DNA of 64,000 nucleotides from an uncultured Gemmatimonadales bacterium (GTDB lineage Bacteria; Gemmatimonadota; Gemmatimonadetes; Longimicrobiales; RSA9): NCBI GenBank assembly GCA_963816355.1, contig CAWFKH010000004.1:320001-384000 (forward strand), read 5' to 3'. Shown here piece by piece: positions 10,727-20,138 of the stretch; position 1 is the stretch's first letter; the number at the start of each line of letters is the position of its first letter. A program made the translations under genes and the position numbers. Under the pieces are notes generated by a model that ran no database searches, was not told the DNA's origin, and saw only the letters and a program-made list of their open reading frames with translations.

Positions 10727-11170
10727 ATGGGCGAGACGGCGGTGCGGCGAGCGACGGTGGAGTGCGTGTTCTGTGGGACGATGAACCGCGTGGACCTGGA
10801 ACGGGCGGCGGACCGGCCGAAGTGCGGGGAATGCGGGCGGCCGATCCTGCTGGACCGTCCAGTGCGGGTGACGGACGCGGGCCTGGCGCGCGTGGTGGCG
10901 GATGCGACGGTGCCGTTGATGGTGGATTTCTACGCGGACTGGTGCGGTCCGTGCAAGGTGATGGCGCCGCTGCTGGACGAGTTGGCGCGAGCGCGGATGG
11001 GGCGGCTGCTGGTGGCGAAGCTGGACACGGACCGGAACCCGGAGGCGACGCGTCGCTATGGGATCCAGTCCATCCCGACGCTGGTGTTGTTCCGCGATGG
11101 CGAGGAGGCGGCGCGCGAGGTGGGAGCGATCCCGCGGCAGCGTCTGGAGGCGCTGGTCGCCGACGCCTGA
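10727..11170 (+). CDS. trxC: Thioredoxin 2 (zinc-finger thioredoxin)
   Basis: N-terminal CVFC/CGEC zinc finger plus WCGPC active site; GAGGTG RBS. Confidence 0.9.
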   Translation: MGETAVRRATVECVFCGTMNRVDLERAADRPKCGECGRPILLDRPVRVTDAGLARVVADATVPLMVDFYADWCGPCKVMAPLLDELARARMGRLLVAKLDTDRNPEATRRYGIQSIPTLVLFRDGEEAAREVGAIPRQRLEALVADA

Positions 11171-11230
11171 CGTGATTCCCTTTCCCGGGCGATTCCGAAG
11201 ATAGTCAAGAGAGCTTCCCCAGGGGCGGAA

Positions 11231-13975
11231 GTGCGGCTTCCGCCTCCCCGTCCGATCGAAGGCCGGGTGCTGCTGGCGTCGCTCGCGGTGCTCGCGGTGG
11301 CGGCCGCGGGAACGGTCACGCTCGCGGTCCGAAGAGGCGGCGGCGGGGCCGGCGGGGGCGGCGCGCTGCTGTGGCTGATGGCCGCGTTTCCGACGGCGCT
11401 CGCCGCGTATCAGCGCGGCTGGCGCGGCGTTGCGGAGGTGGCGGGCGCGACGGTGATCGCGATGGCGCTCACGGCGGCGGCGCTGTACCTGGCCGGCAAT
11501 GCGTCGTCGGGCGCGCTCGGCGCGGTGGCGGTCGGCTATCTCGGTGTGGCGGCGGTTCTCGGGTGGCTGGCGTCGCGCTTCCGCGGGGACGACGTCGCGC
11601 TGCGCATCGCGTTCGCCGATCCGATCACGGGGCTTCCGGACCGCCGCTTCGCAGAGCTCGTGCTGGGGCGGGAGCTGGCGGGCGTGCATCCGGTGGCGGT
11701 GGCGGTCGTCCGGCTGGACGATTTCACGGGGCTCCGGATGCGTGTGGGGCGAGCGCGGGCGGAAGCGCTCGTCGCCGCGGTGGCGACGCGCCTCCGTTCG
11801 GCGACGCGCGCGAACCAGCTTCTCGCCCGCCTCGGTGAGGAAGCCTTCATGCTCGTGCTGCCGCAGACCCGCGAGGCGGCGGCGCAGGCCCTCGCCGAGC
11901 GGCTGCAGCGGCTCCTGCGCGAGGATCCGGATCTTCCCCCGACCAGCGTGGGGTTGGCCTGTGCTCGGCGACCGCCGTCCGCCGAGACGGACCTGGTCGT
12001 CGCGGCGGCGGCGGCGGCCGAGACGGCATCGCGCGTGGGCGGCGGCCGGATCCGTATGGCGCAGCATCCGGTCGCCAGGGAACGGGCGACGGTGGCCGCG
12101 GAGCACGCGGAGCCGGGCGAGGCTGAGGGCAGCGGGGAAGGGACGGCCGACGCCGCGGGCGCGGCGCCCGGTGTGGACGCGGGCGCGGCGGCAGGAGCGG
12201 ACGAGGGCGCGGGCTTGGCGGCAGGAGCGGAGGCGGGAGCGGGCGCGGCGGCAGGAGCGGGCGTGGGCGCGGCGGCGGGCGCGGGCGTGGGCGCGGCGGC
12301 GGGCGTGGGCGCGGCGGCGGGCGCGGGCGTGGGCGCGGCGGCGGGCGCGGGCGCGGGCGCGGCTCTGGACACGGCCGGGTCGGGCCGCCGCGCCCTGGTG
12401 GTGGTGGCGGAAGACGGGCCGGCCGAATGGGTCACGAAGCTGCTCGGCGACGAGGGGTTCGAGGTCGAACGGCTCGCGGCGGAGGAGGCGGGGTCGGAGA
12501 GCGGGCGGCTGGACCTGGTGGTGGTCGGGTCGGGAGAGCAGGGGGAGGCGTTCTCCGCGCGCGTCGCGGAGTTGCGCGAGCGGGAGCCGTCCGCGCGCAT
12601 CGTCGCAGTCGTGCCGGTTGGAGCGGAGGCAGCGGCGCTGGAGATTCCGGTGCACGGATACCTCCCAATGTGGATGGAGGCCGCCGCCACGCGTCCGATG
12701 CTGGCGCGGCTGATGGCGGAGCGGGACGTGGCGGTCGATGCGGCGATCCGCGACCGGCAGCTCACGCAGGAGCTGCAGGTGACGGAGCGCGAGGCGAAGG
12801 AAGCGCGCGAGCGCTCGCGCGCGATCCTCGAGCGGACGCGTCGCCTGGAGGCGATCGGCCGGCTGGCGGGAGGGATCGCGCACGACTTCAACAACCTGCT
12901 CACGTCCGTTCGAGGGCATTGCGAGCTGGTGATCGACTCGCTGGCGCCGGAAGATCCGTCGCGCGAGGACCTTCTCCGGATCCAGGAGGAGACGCAGCGC
13001 GCGACGGAGCTGACGCGTCAGCTCCTCGCCTTCGGCAGCCGCCAGACGCTGCAGCCGGAGGTCGTGGACGCTCGCGACATCATGACGGACGTGGGGGGCA
13101 TCCTCCGGCGGCTGCTCGGCGAGGATGTCGAGCTGGTGATCGAGCGAGGCGACGATCCGCTTCACGTGGAGGCGGACCGCACGCAGATCCAGCAACTGCT
13201 GCTCGACCTCGCCATGAACGCGCGTGAAGCGATGCCCCAGGGCGGCCGGCTGACGATCGCGGCGGCGACCGAAGCGCTGATCGAAGAGAACGAGATGGAC
13301 CTCGGGCTGGAGCCGGGTGGCTACGTCCTGATCCGCGTCTCCGACACGGGCGAGGGCATGGACGAGGAGACGCGCGCCCGCATCTTCGAGCCGTTCTTCA
13401 CGACGAAGCCCGCCGGCCAGGGGACCGGGCTCGGGCTCTCGGCCGCGTACGGCTTCCTCCGGCAGAGCGGCGGCCACATCTCGGTGGAGAGCGATCCCGG
13501 CGTCGGCACGACGTTCCGCGTCCTGCTGCCGCGCGCGGAAGCGCCGCCGGCCGCCGCGCCGGAGCTGGAGGCGGCGCCGGAAGAGGAGGAAGAGGCGACG
13601 GCGCGAAGCATCCTCGTGGTGGAGGACGAGGCGGGGGTCCGGCGTCTCGCGCGGCGCATTCTGGAGCGCGCCGGCTATCTGGTCGAGACGGCGGACGGGG
13701 CGTCCGCGGCACTGCGGCTCCTGCAGGAAGGCCTGCGGCCGGATCTGCTGCTGAGCGACGTCGTGATGCCGGAGACGAGCGGGCCGCAGCTCGCCGAGAA
13801 GGTGCGCTCGATCCACCCCAACATCCGCGTTCTGTTCATGTCCGGCTACAGCGAGGAGGCGGTGGCGCGCCACGGCGTGCTACTCGCCGATTCGACGCTT
13901 CTCGAGAAGCCGTTCACGCCGGAGCAGCTCACCGGCCGCGTGCGGGAGATCTTCGCGGCCGGCGACGGGGGCTGA
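11231..13975 (+). CDS. Membrane hybrid histidine kinase: TM - degenerate GGDEF - Ala/Gly linker - receiver-like - HisKA/HATPase - REC
   Basis: AGGIAHDFNNLL H-box, DTGEGM, FEPFFTTK and GTGLGL boxes; C-terminal VVEDE..DVVMP..SGY..KPF; DPITGLPDRR...ARLGEEAF. Confidence 0.9.
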   Translation: MRLPPPRPIEGRVLLASLAVLAVAAAGTVTLAVRRGGGGAGGGGALLWLMAAFPTALAAYQRGWRGVAEVAGATVIAMALTAAALYLAGNASSGALGAVAVGYLGVAAVLGWLASRFRGDDVALRIAFADPITGLPDRRFAELVLGRELAGVHPVAVAVVRLDDFTGLRMRVGRARAEALVAAVATRLRSATRANQLLARLGEEAFMLVLPQTREAAAQALAERLQRLLREDPDLPPTSVGLACARRPPSAETDLVVAAAAAAETASRVGGGRIRMAQHPVARERATVAAEHAEPGEAEGSGEGTADAAGAAPGVDAGAAAGADEGAGLAAGAEAGAGAAAGAGVGAAAGAGVGAAAGVGAAAGAGVGAAAGAGAGAALDTAGSGRRALVVVAEDGPAEWVTKLLGDEGFEVERLAAEEAGSESGRLDLVVVGSGEQGEAFSARVAELREREPSARIVAVVPVGAEAAALEIPVHGYLPMWMEAAATRPMLARLMAERDVAVDAAIRDRQLTQELQVTEREAKEARERSRAILERTRRLEAIGRLAGGIAHDFNNLLTSVRGHCELVIDSLAPEDPSREDLLRIQEETQRATELTRQLLAFGSRQTLQPEVVDARDIMTDVGGILRRLLGEDVELVIERGDDPLHVEADRTQIQQLLLDLAMNAREAMPQGGRLTIAAATEALIEENEMDLGLEPGGYVLIRVSDTGEGMDEETRARIFEPFFTTKPAGQGTGLGLSAAYGFLRQSGGHISVESDPGVGTTFRVLLPRAEAPPAAAPELEAAPEEEEEATARSILVVEDEAGVRRLARRILERAGYLVETADGASAALRLLQEGLRPDLLLSDVVMPETSGPQLAEKVRSIHPNIRVLFMSGYSEEAVARHGVLLADSTLLEKPFTPEQLTGRVREIFAAGDGG
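12182..12363 (+). repeat. Imperfect 18-24 bp coding tandem repeat (GAAAGAGV units)
   Basis: About seven GGCGCGGCGGC(A/G)GG(A/C)GCGGGCGTG-like units, in frame. Confidence 0.85.
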
Positions 13976-14060
13976 CTTCCGCCCCGCCCACCGGGGCCCC
14001 ATTCGCAGAACGCCGGAGCGCGAGACCGGCGCGCAGGCCGCCGGCATCTCGGCAGGACGC

Positions 14061-16245
14061 TCAGCGCACGCCGCGGCGGGCTTCCTCGGCCGGAAGATGC
14101 TGCGGCCGCTCGAGGTGCGCCGGCACGTACGCGGCGTCGAGATAGTCGGCCACCATGCGGTGGGTGTTGAAGAACGGGACGACCTGCCGTATCGAAGCGC
14201 GGACGCGCGCCAGCCAGGCGAACGGGATGCCATCGCCGCCGCGCTGGTAGAAGAGCGGCAGCACGTCGTTCTCGAGGACTGCGTACAGTCGCTCCGCATC
14301 GGCGGCGTCCTGCGCCTCGAGCTCCGGCCCCGGAGCCTCCTCGATCGTCCAGCCGATCGGGTCCGCGAGCCGGTTGTGATCGGACCACGCCTCGGCCCAC
14401 CAGCCGTCTGCGATGCTCAGATTCAGAGCGCCGTTGGCGGCCGCCTTCATGCCGCTCGTCCCGCTTGCCTCGTAAGGCCGGCGCGGCACGTTCAGCCACA
14501 CGTCGGCGCCGGCGACGAGGACGCGGGCGAGCGCGACGTCGTAGCCCTGGAGGAAGACGAAGCGGCCGCCGTGATCGCCGTGCAGCGCGAACTCCGCCAC
14601 CTGGTGCAGGAGCTCCTGGCCCTTCTCGTCGCGCGGGTGCGCCTTGCCTGCGAAGACAAACTGGACCGGCTGCTCGCCGTGGAGCAGCCGCTCGAGGCGG
14701 ACGCGGTCGCGCAGCAGGAGGGTCGCGCGCTTGTAGCTCGCGAAGCGTCGTGCGAACACGAGGGTGAGCGCGTGGGGGTCGAGGGCAGCGGCGGCCGCGT
14801 TCGGGTCCATGCCCCGGGCGACGGCCTCGCCGGCGAGCGTACTGCGGACGTGCCGCACCAGCGCGGCGCGCTGCTCGCAGCGGGCGCGCCAGAGGTCGGC
14901 GTCCGGGATGTGGAGCGCTCGCTGCCAGCGCAGGTCGTCGACCTCGTCGCGCCACGCCTCGCCGATCTGCGCTCCGTAGAGGCGGCCGATCGGCTCACCG
15001 GTCCAGGTGGGCAGGTGGACGCCGTTGGTGACGTGCCCGATCGGCACCCGATCCGCGGACAGCTCCGGCCACAGGTCGGCCCACATCTCGCGCGTGACGT
15101 CGCCGTGCAGACGACTGACTCCGTTGCGATGGTGCGCGAGGCGGAGCGCGAGGGTGGTCATGCAGAAGGAGTCGCCCGCGTTGTCCGGATGACGGCGACC
15201 GAGCGCGAGAAAATGGTCCCACGGCTCGCCCATCTCCCAGACGTAGCCCCCCAGGTAGCGCTTGAGCAGGTCCGGCGGGAAGTGATCGTGCCCGGCGGGC
15301 ACGGGCGTGTGCGTGGTGAAGACGACGCTGTCGGCGAGGCGCTCGGCGGCGTGGCGGAAACCGCCGGCCTCCTCGCGCAGCTCACCGCGGACGCGCTCGA
15401 CGGCGGCGAAGGCGGCGTGGCCCTCGTTCAGGTGCAGCACGGTCGGGGTGAGGCCGAGGCGGTCGAGCGCGCGCATGCCGCCGATGCCGAGGACAATCTC
15501 CTGCCGCAGGCGATGCTCCGTGTCGCCGCCGTAGAGGCGGTCCGTGATGCGGCGGTCCGCCTCCTCGTTCTCGTCGACGTCGGTGTCGAGCAGATAGAGC
15601 GACACGCGGCCGACGTCGACGCGCCACATGCGGGCGGCGCAACAATGGTCGAGGAAGGGGAAGTCGATGTGGAGCGGCGCGCCGTCGCCGTCACGGACGA
15701 GGGTCAGCGGGAGCGAGGACGGATCGGCCGCGGGGTACGATGCGTGTTGGCGGGCGTGGCCGTCGACGACCTGCCGGAAGTAGCCCTCGCCGTAGAAGAG
15801 GCCGACGCCGACGAGCGGCAGCCCGAGGTCGCTCGCGGACTTCAGAATGGTCGCCGGCGAGGACGCCGAGGCCGCCGGAGTAGATGCGGAGGCACTCGGT
15901 GATCCCGAACTCCGCGGAGAAGTAGGCCACGCGGAGTCCGGCGGCGCCGTGCTCGCGAGCGAACCAAGTGTCGGGCCGCGCGAGATGGCGCTGCAGGTCG
16001 GCGGCCGCGGCGTCGACCGCCGCGACGTATCCGGCGTCGCCGGCGAGCGCGTCCAGGCGGGCGGCCCCGAGGTCGCGGAGCAGCCGGATCGGGTTGCGTC
16101 CGGAGCGCTCCCAGAGCGCCGGGTCGGCGCGGCGGAAGACCGCCTCGCTTTCGGGGTGCCAGCTCCAGCGCAGGTTCATCGCGAGGGAACGGAGGCCCTC
16201 GAGCGGGGCGGGAAGCGGGAGCGGAAAGGTGCGGCTCTCGGTCAT
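14061..16245 (-). CDS. glgP: Alpha-glucan (glycogen) phosphorylase, apparent +1 frameshift ~15847
   Basis: YFSAEFG, YSGGLGVLAGDH/LKSASDLG, HLNEGH, ARRFASYKR, AGKAHP and EASGTSGMK motifs. Extra T in CAT-T-CTG. Confidence 0.92.
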
Positions 16246-16561
16246 GGGCGAACCTCTGTAATGCTACGCCGCGTCGTCACGGCGGTTAGGGCGACAAACG
16301 ACGAATTCGAGCGCGCGGGAGCGCGCGTCGGGCGGTCACTTGCCGCAGCTTGAGGGGAGTGGGTCACGGGATGCGAGTCCAATGTAATCGGTTGCCATCA
16401 GTATCGACAAGCGTGCGGCACACCTGTAGGCGCGACAACGCATTACACCCGAGCGGCGGCCGTCGTTGCGGCGGCGCGGCCGCCGTTGCGCGCGGACGGC
16501 GGCGCACCCCATGCTTCGAGCGAGGGCGTGGCTGACGAGGTACGCGGGACGGAGGAGGGCG

Positions 16562-17896
16562 ATGGCGGTGACACATCGCGAGCGCGCGACCGTCGTGGTG
16601 GTGGGCAGCGGACCCGGCGGGGCGACGCTGGCGCGGGAGCTGGCGCGGGCGGGACGCTCGACGCTCCTCCTCGAGCGCGGCCGCGAGTGGCGCTCGAGCC
16701 GGCTCTACGGCACCTACCCCGGGGCGCTGCTCTACGCGGACCGGCACGCGCTGCTCTTCACGCGCGAGGGCATGAACATCATCCGTCCGCTGATGGTGGG
16801 CGGGGCGACGAGCATGTACTGCGCGTGCGCGTCTCCGCCGGCGCCGTGGTGGGGGAAGCGCTACGGCATGGAGCTGGAGGGTCACGCGGCGGCGGCGGCG
16901 CGAGAGCTCGGCGTGGCGCCGCTCGCACCGGAGCTGCGCGGGCGGGCATCGACGCGGGTTGCGGCGGCCGGATCTGCGCTCGGCATGCAATGGGAGCCGC
17001 AGGCGAAGTTCATGGACCCCGGCCGGGCGACGCCGTTCGCGTGCGGGGCCCACTGCATGCTGGGGTGCCGCTGCGGCGCGAAGTGGAGCGCGGCCGAGTA
17101 CGTGGACGACGCGGTGTCGGCGGGCGCGCGCCTGTGGACTCGCGCGCGCGTGGACCGCGTGCTGGTGGAAGGCGGCCAGGTGCGCGGCGTCCGGGGCGTG
17201 CGGCGGCAGGGGCCGGGCGGCGCGCGCGCGGCGGATTTCGAGGTGGAGGCGGAGACCGTGGTGGTCGCCGCCGGCGGCATCGGGAGCGCGGTCCTGCTGC
17301 GGCGGAGCGGCATCGCGGAAGCGGGCCGCGGCATGACGATGGACACCACGACGATGGTCTACGGCGCCGCCGAGCGGGAGGGGATCGGCCGGGATCCGCC
17401 GATGACGTGGAGCAGCGCCGACGACGAGCTCGGCGTGCTCTACTCGACCCTGATCGACCCGTGGCTGATGTACCCTCTGATCATGATGCGGCGCGGGCCC
17501 GGCTACGCCGCGACGTGGCCGCGCTGGGGACGCACGCTCGGCGTGATGATCAAGCTGAAGGACGAGATCAGCGGAGAGGTCGATGCGCGGGGACGGATCT
17601 CGAAGGGGCTGACGGCGGGCGACCGCGTGCGGCTCGAGCGTGCGGAGCGAACCGCCGGCGCGGTGCTGCGCGAAGCCGGCTGCGACCCGGACACGATCCT
17701 GACCACACCGCTGCGCGGCACCCATCCGTCCGGCACCGCGCGCGTGGGCGTGGTCGTGGGCCCCGACCTGGAGACCGCGACGCGGGGCCTCTACGTGTGC
17801 GACGCGAGCGTTTTCCCCGAGGCGCTCGGCCGCCCCACCGTGCTGACCATCATCGCGCTCGCGCGCAGGCTGGCCGATCGGCTGCTCGGCCGCTGA
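16562..17896 (+). CDS. GMC family FAD-dependent oxidoreductase
   Basis: VVVGSGPGG FAD motif, VGGATS, CGAHCMLGC, HPSGTAR, LYVCDASVFP. Confidence 0.9.
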   Translation: MAVTHRERATVVVVGSGPGGATLARELARAGRSTLLLERGREWRSSRLYGTYPGALLYADRHALLFTREGMNIIRPLMVGGATSMYCACASPPAPWWGKRYGMELEGHAAAAARELGVAPLAPELRGRASTRVAAAGSALGMQWEPQAKFMDPGRATPFACGAHCMLGCRCGAKWSAAEYVDDAVSAGARLWTRARVDRVLVEGGQVRGVRGVRRQGPGGARAADFEVEAETVVVAAGGIGSAVLLRRSGIAEAGRGMTMDTTTMVYGAAEREGIGRDPPMTWSSADDELGVLYSTLIDPWLMYPLIMMRRGPGYAATWPRWGRTLGVMIKLKDEISGEVDARGRISKGLTAGDRVRLERAERTAGAVLREAGCDPDTILTTPLRGTHPSGTARVGVVVGPDLETATRGLYVCDASVFPEALGRPTVLTIIALARRLADRLLGR

Positions 17897-17944
17897 CCGG
17901 CTCGTCGCGGGAGGCGCCGCCGCGCTCGGGGCGAGAGGCCGCAC

Positions 17945-18874
17945 TCAGAATCGCCAGTTCCAGACGAGGAGGACGGTACGCTCGCCGCGGGCGTCGTGGC
18001 CGAGGCGGGCGGCGGGCGCGGCGGCGAGCAGGCGGTCCGGCAGCGACGGCGGCGAGCGGGCGGCCGCGTCGTCGCCCAGCGCGGTCGTGCGTCGCGCATC
18101 CTCGCGCTCGTAGCGACGCGCGAGCCCGGCGCCGTACGCATAGCCGAACGCGATGCCGAGGAGCGTGTCCGACATCCAGTGGTGCTCGTCGACGAGGCGA
18201 CCGGCGCCGACGCCGAGGGCGGCCGCGTAGAGCAGCGGCTCGAGCGGCCCGAGGTGGAATCGGTGGTTCCAGAAGGAGGCGCACGACATGATGTCCGCGA
18301 CGTGCCCGCCGAAGAAGGAGTGGTGCTGCCAGTCGCCGCCCGGGAAGTCCCAGACGTTGGCGTCGTCGAAGCGCTCTCCGGTGTCGCCGTTGGTCGGCCG
18401 TTCGCGGGAGACGAGGAGATAGATGCCGTGGCGCACGGTCGTGTTCGCGCCGTCGACCGTGATGCACCCGGTCGCCGCCTCCCGCAGGGCGCGCGAGTCG
18501 CTCGCGAAGCCGACGGCGTAGATCCCCGCGCTCAGCATGAACAGGCTGCGGGTCAGACCGAACTGCTCGAGGAACCTGCCGCCGCGGAACGGCTTCGCCG
18601 CCTGCACGGGAGCGGAGCGGGGGTGCGTGCGGACCCAGCGCTGGATGTCGGCGTCGTACGCCGTCGTCACGGCGAACGTGCCGAGCACGCCGATCAGCTC
18701 CGGAAGGTCGTCCGTGCCGAGGCGCGCGGGTGCGCTCCACAGGTAGGCCGCCCCCGAAACGATCCGCTTGCCGTCGGCACCCAGCCGTCCCCACGTCCGC
18801 TGCGCCCGCAACGGCGCCGCGGCCGCGAGCGCCGCCATGGTGAACGCCGCCATTGCCTTCGCGCGATGTCGCAC
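17945..18874 (-). CDS. PAP2-family protein, exported
   Basis: SRERP, SFFGGH and GRLVDEHHWMSD motifs; signal peptide; C-terminal WRF. Start approximate. Confidence 0.8.
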   Translation of the reverse strand: MRHRAKAMAAFTMAALAAAAPLRAQRTWGRLGADGKRIVSGAAYLWSAPARLGTDDLPELIGVLGTFAVTTAYDADIQRWVRTHPRSAPVQAAKPFRGGRFLEQFGLTRSLFMLSAGIYAVGFASDSRALREAATGCITVDGANTTVRHGIYLLVSRERPTNGDTGERFDDANVWDFPGGDWQHHSFFGGHVADIMSCASFWNHRFHLGPLEPLLYAAALGVGAGRLVDEHHWMSDTLLGIAFGYAYGAGLARRYEREDARRTTALGDDAAARSPPSLPDRLLAAAPAARLGHDARGERTVLLVWNWRF

Positions 18875-19013
18875 TCCCCTGCCCTCCGCGTTCCGGTCAC
18901 GCGTGCTCGCCGCCGGAGCCTCGCCGGCGCGGATCCGATCCGCGGCGAGGCCGGCGGCACCCGCCGACGACGCGGGGGCAAGTTGTGCGCCGGCCGCGGC
19001 TTGGGACGTCGCG

Positions 19014-20138
19014 TCAGTGGAGCAGCCACGCCGTCGCGAAGCCGAGATAGTTGCCGATGGCGTAGCCGAGGAGACCGACGAGGATTCCGGGCAGCACGAG
19101 CGCCGGCCACTCACGCGACACCGCGACGGCGAGGGCGCTGGTCGGGCCGCCGATCGCGGCCTGGGAGGCGACGGCGAGCGTCCCGACATCGAGGCGCAAC
19201 AACCGGCCGACGCCGAAGACGATGACGCCGTGCACCAGCACGATCACCATGGTGAAGAAGAAGATCGCGATGCCCACGGCGAAGATGTCGTCCACGCGCG
19301 AGTAGATGCCGATGACGGCGAAGAAGAGGTGGAGCGCGGCGTTGCCGAGCTGCATCGCGCCGCCCACGCTCGACAGCACGGGCACATGGCCGACGACGAG
19401 CGCGATCGTCGTGAGCCAGAGCACCTCCGGCACGGCGGGCACGGCGAGCGCGAGCGCGTGGGCGGCGACGAGGACGAGCAGGCCCACGGCGAGCAGCGTG
19501 GCGACGTCGAGGACGGAGACCGGCTCGGGTGAGAAGAAGGGATGCGCGGCGGCGGGCGTGGCGCCGTCGGCGGCTGGCGGGGCGGCCGGCACCGCCGGGT
19601 ACCAGCGCCCCAGCCAGACCGGCAGCAGGAGGCAGGCGCCCATCCACAGCCCGGTCGTGAGGTTGTCCGCGGCGGTCGCGCCGGCGAAGAGCGTGCGCGG
19701 CAGCTCGAGCGCGCGTCCCACGGCGACGAAGTTCAGCGAGCCGCCGCTGTAAGTGCCGACGAAGGCGCCCGCCAGGCGCCACGTCTCGTCGCCGAAGGTC
19801 GCGGCGAAGGCGAGCCAGCCGACGGCCGTGCCGACGAGGGTGCCCACGACCGCGAGCGCAAAGGCGCCGAGCATGCGCGGACCGGCGCGGCGGAGCGCGC
19901 GGATGTCGACCGCGAGGAGCAGCCAGACGATCGCGAGCGAGGTGAGCGGGCCGAAGATTACGTCGTAGACGGGAGAGCGGGGCGCGACGACGCCGGCATT
20001 CGAGAGGATCGCGCCGAACAGGATGACGAGAAGAGACGCGCCCACGCGCGAGAACGCGCGGAGGCGGTGGTCGAGCCAGAACGCGAGAGCGGTGATGGTG
20101 GCGACGACGGCGGCGACGCCGAGCGGCGAGGCGATCAC
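19014..20138 (-). CDS. DUF819 family membrane protein
   Basis: About 10 TM segments; GTYSGGSLNFVAV, ASQAAIGGPTSA and VGLLGYAIGNYLG motifs. GTGA overlap with the upstream stop. Confidence 0.88.
   Translation of the reverse strand: MIASPLGVAAVVATITALAFWLDHRLRAFSRVGASLLVILFGAILSNAGVVAPRSPVYDVIFGPLTSLAIVWLLLAVDIRALRRAGPRMLGAFALAVVGTLVGTAVGWLAFAATFGDETWRLAGAFVGTYSGGSLNFVAVGRALELPRTLFAGATAADNLTTGLWMGACLLLPVWLGRWYPAVPAAPPAADGATPAAAHPFFSPEPVSVLDVATLLAVGLLVLVAAHALALAVPAVPEVLWLTTIALVVGHVPVLSSVGGAMQLGNAALHLFFAVIGIYSRVDDIFAVGIAIFFFTMVIVLVHGVIVFGVGRLLRLDVGTLAVASQAAIGGPTSALAVAVSREWPALVLPGILVGLLGYAIGNYLGFATAWLLH

Noticed and set aside
12182..12363. Repeat array as possible CRISPR
   Set aside because: No unique spacers, in-frame coding, and no cas genes.
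10505..13873. 1122-aa minus-strand ORF and similar long antisense ORFs (e.g. 39066..41987, 14097..15902)
   Set aside because: Shadow frames of real genes; Arg/Pro-rich with no motifs.
15840..15850. Programmed frameshifting in glgP and the other broken genes
   Set aside because: No slippery heptamers; scattered indels in unrelated genes fit sequencing error better.
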